A DNA stretch of 64,000 nt. Source: Bacteroidia bacterium (lineage in GTDB: Bacteria; Bacteroidota; Bacteroidia; AKYH767-A; 2013-40CM-41-45). The notes below the pieces were generated by a model, which worked only from the letters and a program-made list of their open reading frames with translations, was not told the origin of the DNA and ran no database searches. The stretch spans positions 13,694 through 77,693 of the forward strand of contig JBBRND010000015.1 in assembly GCA_038230515.1 (NCBI GenBank). Reading direction: 5' to 3'. The translations under genes were made by a program, and so were the position numbers. Positions 60,780-64,000 of this stretch are shown piece by piece (within the stretch, counting starts at the first letter, position 1; every line of letters begins with the position of its first letter).

Positions 60780-61685
60780 ATGCAATCAACAGGCGGCATT
60801 CTTACCTTTGATGCCTGCTTCATGAACTTCTACCTCACCGCCATACTTCTCGGTCTCGGGTTTGCATCGCTTGCACTTGGCATTTTTATTTCCATGCGCA
60901 TCTTCAACATTCCTGATATTACTACCGATGGAAGTTTTACGCTCGGTGGTGCAGTCACCGCAGTGCTGCTTTCGCACCAATATTCCTTGCCTGTCATTTT
61001 AATTCTCGCATTTCTTTCGGGCGCAGTTGCGGGTTCGCTCACAGGAATCATTCATACCAAACTAAAAGTGAATGCGCTTCTTGCGGGTATCCTGGTTATG
61101 ACTGCATTGTATTCCGTCAATCTTGCATTAATGGGGCGATCAAACATTCCGCTCATCGGCATCACCACCATTTTCTCCATCGGAAGTTTTTTTGCAAATG
61201 AATCCTCTCAGCAGATTTTCGTTCTCATTCTTTTTCCGGCAATCATCTGGCTCATTATTTCGAAGCTTCTTAAAACTGACTTCGGTCTTGCCATGCGCGC
61301 AACAGGAAATAATGAAAACATGATTCGTGCGTTGGGTGTCAATACAGACCGCATGAAAATAATCGGGCTTGCCCTTGCAAACGGACTCACCGCACTCAGC
61401 GGATTTCTTATCACACAGATACAGGGTTTTGCCGACATCAATATGGGAATAGGAATTGTCATTCTCGGATTAGGTTCAGTCATGATCGGAGAAATTTTCT
61501 CAAAAACATTTCGGATTAAAAATATTTCTATTCAGTTGCTCACTGTTATTGCCGGCAGCATTCTTTTCAGATTGATACTTGCCTTTGCACTATCCATCGG
61601 CATTGATCCGCTGTATCTGAAACTTGTAGTCGCAGTTTTTGTTTTGATCGTTGTAAGCATCCCTAATTTGAAGCGAGCCGAATGA
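60780..61685 (+). CDS. ABC transporter permease (BPD_transp_2-like, partner of the PF04392 binding protein).
   Basis: A polytopic membrane protein of 301 aa. It is translationally coupled (ATGA) to the downstream ATPase. Confidence 0.7.
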   Translation: MQSTGGILTFDACFMNFYLTAILLGLGFASLALGIFISMRIFNIPDITTDGSFTLGGAVTAVLLSHQYSLPVILILAFLSGAVAGSLTGIIHTKLKVNALLAGILVMTALYSVNLALMGRSNIPLIGITTIFSIGSFFANESSQQIFVLILFPAIIWLIISKLLKTDFGLAMRATGNNENMIRALGVNTDRMKIIGLALANGLTALSGFLITQIQGFADINMGIGIVILGLGSVMIGEIFSKTFRIKNISIQLLTVIAGSILFRLILAFALSIGIDPLYLKLVVAVFVLIVVSIPNLKRAE

Positions 61686-62431
61686 TTGAGTTGAAACATA
61701 TCAGCAAAACATTTAACCGCAACACAAGCGATCCCGTTGTTGCTCTGCGGGATTTAAGTTTGACAATTGCTGAAAAAAGTTTTGTAGTAGTAGTCGGATC
61801 AAACGGTTCGGGCAAGTCAACCCTGCTCAATGCACTTGCAGGAACAATTCGTGTTGATGAAGGAGAAATTCTTATTGATGGCATTGACATCACAAAGCTA
61901 AGCGACTATCAGCGCAGCAAATGGGTTGCGCGCGTATTTCAAAACCCGATGACAGGAACTGCTCCTGAACTTACCGTGCTTGAAAACTTTCGTCTCGCTT
62001 CTTTACGTACTCAATCAAAAGGTTTCCGCATTGGCACCGGAGAGAAGTTTAAGCAACTGGTAAAGGAAAAAATTTATATGCTCAATCTTGGGTTGGAAAA
62101 TAAAATAACTCAACCCATGGGAACCCTCTCAGGCGGACAGCGGCAAGCACTCACATTGTTGATGGCAGTTATGGACGAAACGAAAATTCTTTTAATGGAT
62201 GAACCCACCGCTGCGCTCGATCCTAAAACATCAGAACTTATTCTTCAGCTAGCCGGTAAAATCATTCGCGAGTTTCATCTCACGGTTTTGTTTGTAACGC
62301 ATCAGCTTAAAGATGCCCTGCATTATGGCGATCGCATAATCAGGATGAACGAAGGAAGCATTGCAGAAGATTTAAGCAACGAATCAAAATCGAAGTTGAA
62401 GATTGATGAAGTTTATCGTTGGTTTGAATGA
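61682..62431 (+). CDS. ABC transporter ATP-binding protein.
   Basis: Has a Walker A (GSNGSGKST), an ABC signature (LSGGQRQAL) and a Walker B (LLMDEPTAALD). Confidence 0.9.
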   Translation: MIELKHISKTFNRNTSDPVVALRDLSLTIAEKSFVVVVGSNGSGKSTLLNALAGTIRVDEGEILIDGIDITKLSDYQRSKWVARVFQNPMTGTAPELTVLENFRLASLRTQSKGFRIGTGEKFKQLVKEKIYMLNLGLENKITQPMGTLSGGQRQALTLLMAVMDETKILLMDEPTAALDPKTSELILQLAGKIIREFHLTVLFVTHQLKDALHYGDRIIRMNEGSIAEDLSNESKSKLKIDEVYRWFE

Positions 62432-62520
62432 TTTAGTTAGTATTCCGTTAAACAAGCGATGCTTCCATCCTATATTCATGATTATTCTTTAATTTGCAGC
62501 TTATTCAATTAGAAAACTTT

Positions 62521-64000
62521 GATGAGAAAATTCGTAGCCCTCTTTGCACTCTTGTTTGTCTTTGCAAATTTTTCTTTTGCGCAAATGCTGAATCCAGTGA
62601 AGTGGACGTACAGCATGGAGCAAAATGGAGATGGAGTTACACTTACTTTCAAGGCAAACATTCAGAATGAATGGCACATCTATTCCCAATTTACACCTGA
62701 TGGCGGTCCGCTGCCAATGACATTTACCTTCGATAAAAAAAGTTGTTATGAATTGATTGGAAAAGTTACTGAGCCGAAGCCGCACGAGGAATTTGATTCT
62801 ACCTTCGGAGTAAAAGTGCTCACGTTTACAGGCAGCAACACGTTCACACAAAAAATAAAACTCAGCGGAACTGCCTGCAAGATTACAGGTCATATTGACG
62901 GGCAAGTGTGTAAAGAATCATGCATCCTGTTCGACTCTACATTTGTGTTCGATATTGGATCAAAAGAAAAAGGCAGTTTAGAAAAGGGAAGTAAAGCAGT
63001 TCTAGAAGCATCAACAGCCGGTATGCACGATACCGTAACTTCTTCTGCCCCCGCAAAAATTCCTGTTGATACTTCTGCTTCTTCTTCTGGTGCTGCTGTT
63101 ACTACTTCATCCGTATCAGGCAGTGGAACGCTCGAGGAAGGTTGCGGCATCTCCGAGGATGGTTCAGGCGCAACCACCGATAAATCATTCTGGGGAATTT
63201 TTATTGCAGGAATGCTTGGCGGATTTCTTGCGCTCCTTACACCATGCGTATTTCCGATGATACCGATGACAGTTAGTTTTTTTACCAAGCGAAGCGGCAG
63301 TCGTAAAAAAGGAATTATGAATGCGTTGATTTATGCTGCTTCTATCATCATCATTTATGTAGTGCTTGGATTACTTGTTACTGTTTCCTTCGGCAGCGAT
63401 GCGCTCAACGATCTTGCAAGCAATGGTTTTTTCAACATGCTCTTCTTTGTCATCTTCATTATTTTCGCTATTTCATTTTTCGGAGCGTTCGAAATTGTAC
63501 TGCCAAGCTCAATCATTAACAAAGCAGACAAGGCAAGCGATAGGGGAGGGCTGATCGGAATTTTCTTTATGGCGTTCACGCTCTCGCTCGTTTCTTTCTC
63601 TTGCACAGGTCCCATCATCGGCACTTTATTGGTGGAGGCAGCGCATGGTAGAAGTTACATCGGTCCCGTGGCAGGCATGTTTGGATTTTCGTTTGCGCTT
63701 GCAATTCCGTTTGCAATCTTCGCCATGTTTCCCGGTTTGCTTCATGCAATGCCAAAGTCTGGCGGCTGGTTGAATACTGTAAAAGTTTGTCTCGGATTTA
63801 TTGAACTGGCACTCGCATTAAAGTTCCTCAGCAATGTTGACCTTGCTTATCACTGGGGATTTTTAAAAAGAGAAATTTTTATTGTGCTCTGGATTATCAT
63901 CTTCGCCATGATGGGTTTTTATCTGCTCGGCAAACTTCGTTTCTCTCATGACAGCGAAGTTGAAATTATATCCATCGGACGATTGATCTTTGCAATTATG
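62521..64000 (+). CDS. dsbD: Thiol:disulfide interchange protein DsbD-like (protein-disulfide reductase). 3'-partial, as it runs off the window end.
   Basis: The ORF track omits it because there is no in-window stop. Translation by hand gives a signal peptide, an N-terminal periplasmic domain, and then a cytochrome-c-biogenesis-type TM core (LTPCVFPMIPMTVSFF ... SFSCTGPIIGTLL) with the conserved Cys pairs. Confidence 0.75.

Noticed and set aside
62501-63624. Minus-strand ORFs 62501..62905, 62890..63288 and 63355..63624
   Set aside because: They are antisense to a continuous plus-strand reading frame that encodes a convincing DsbD-like protein. That frame runs to the window end and was omitted from the ORF track for lack of a stop. 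The minus-strand ORFs are treated as spurious.

Overview
This 64-kb window looks like chromosomal DNA from a Bacteroidetes organism, possibly Sphingobacteriia/Chitinophagia-like. The supporting signals are T9SS C-terminal sorting domains, a porU-porV-like pair, an SBBP-repeat cargo protein, a TPR protein after gyrA, and PF04392-type ABC genes. Housekeeping genes dominate: an alpha-oxoamine synthase-like PLP enzyme, clpC/clpB-family Hsp100, gyrA, smc, greA, a HIT protein and ruvC. There are also two-component regulators, and a cytochrome-b plus molybdopterin oxidoreductase pair. A large minus-strand nucleotide-sugar and polysaccharide cluster (46.7-57.2 kb) contains a CpsB-like phosphatase, WbpP-like epimerase, rfbB, galE, WbpA/B/D/E-like genes, UXS and ugd. 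Several patches look accessory or unusual. First, a translationally coupled EcoRI-like adenine methyltransferase, DUF262(DGQQR)-HNH nuclease and PD-(D/E)xK-like protein sit at 23.1-26.4 kb, immediately downstream of a roughly 450-bp tandem array phased at 21/42 bp. Second, two further tandem arrays (8.18-8.40 kb and 60.25-60.65 kb) have the same 21-bp phasing and an AAAC-containing core, so the three may belong to one repeat family. Third, an orphan Hcp/TssD-like tube protein and a 287-aa unknown protein lie in an AT-rich islet at 16.4-17.9 kb. Fourth, there is a MazF/PemK-like toxin-antitoxin pair. Fifth, a roughly 770-bp non-coding stretch upstream of ruvC has a GC-rich, structured-looking 3' part that could be an ncRNA. 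No rRNA, tRNA or CRISPR arrays were found. Every functional call rests on recognised motifs and family knowledge only, because no database searches could be run.
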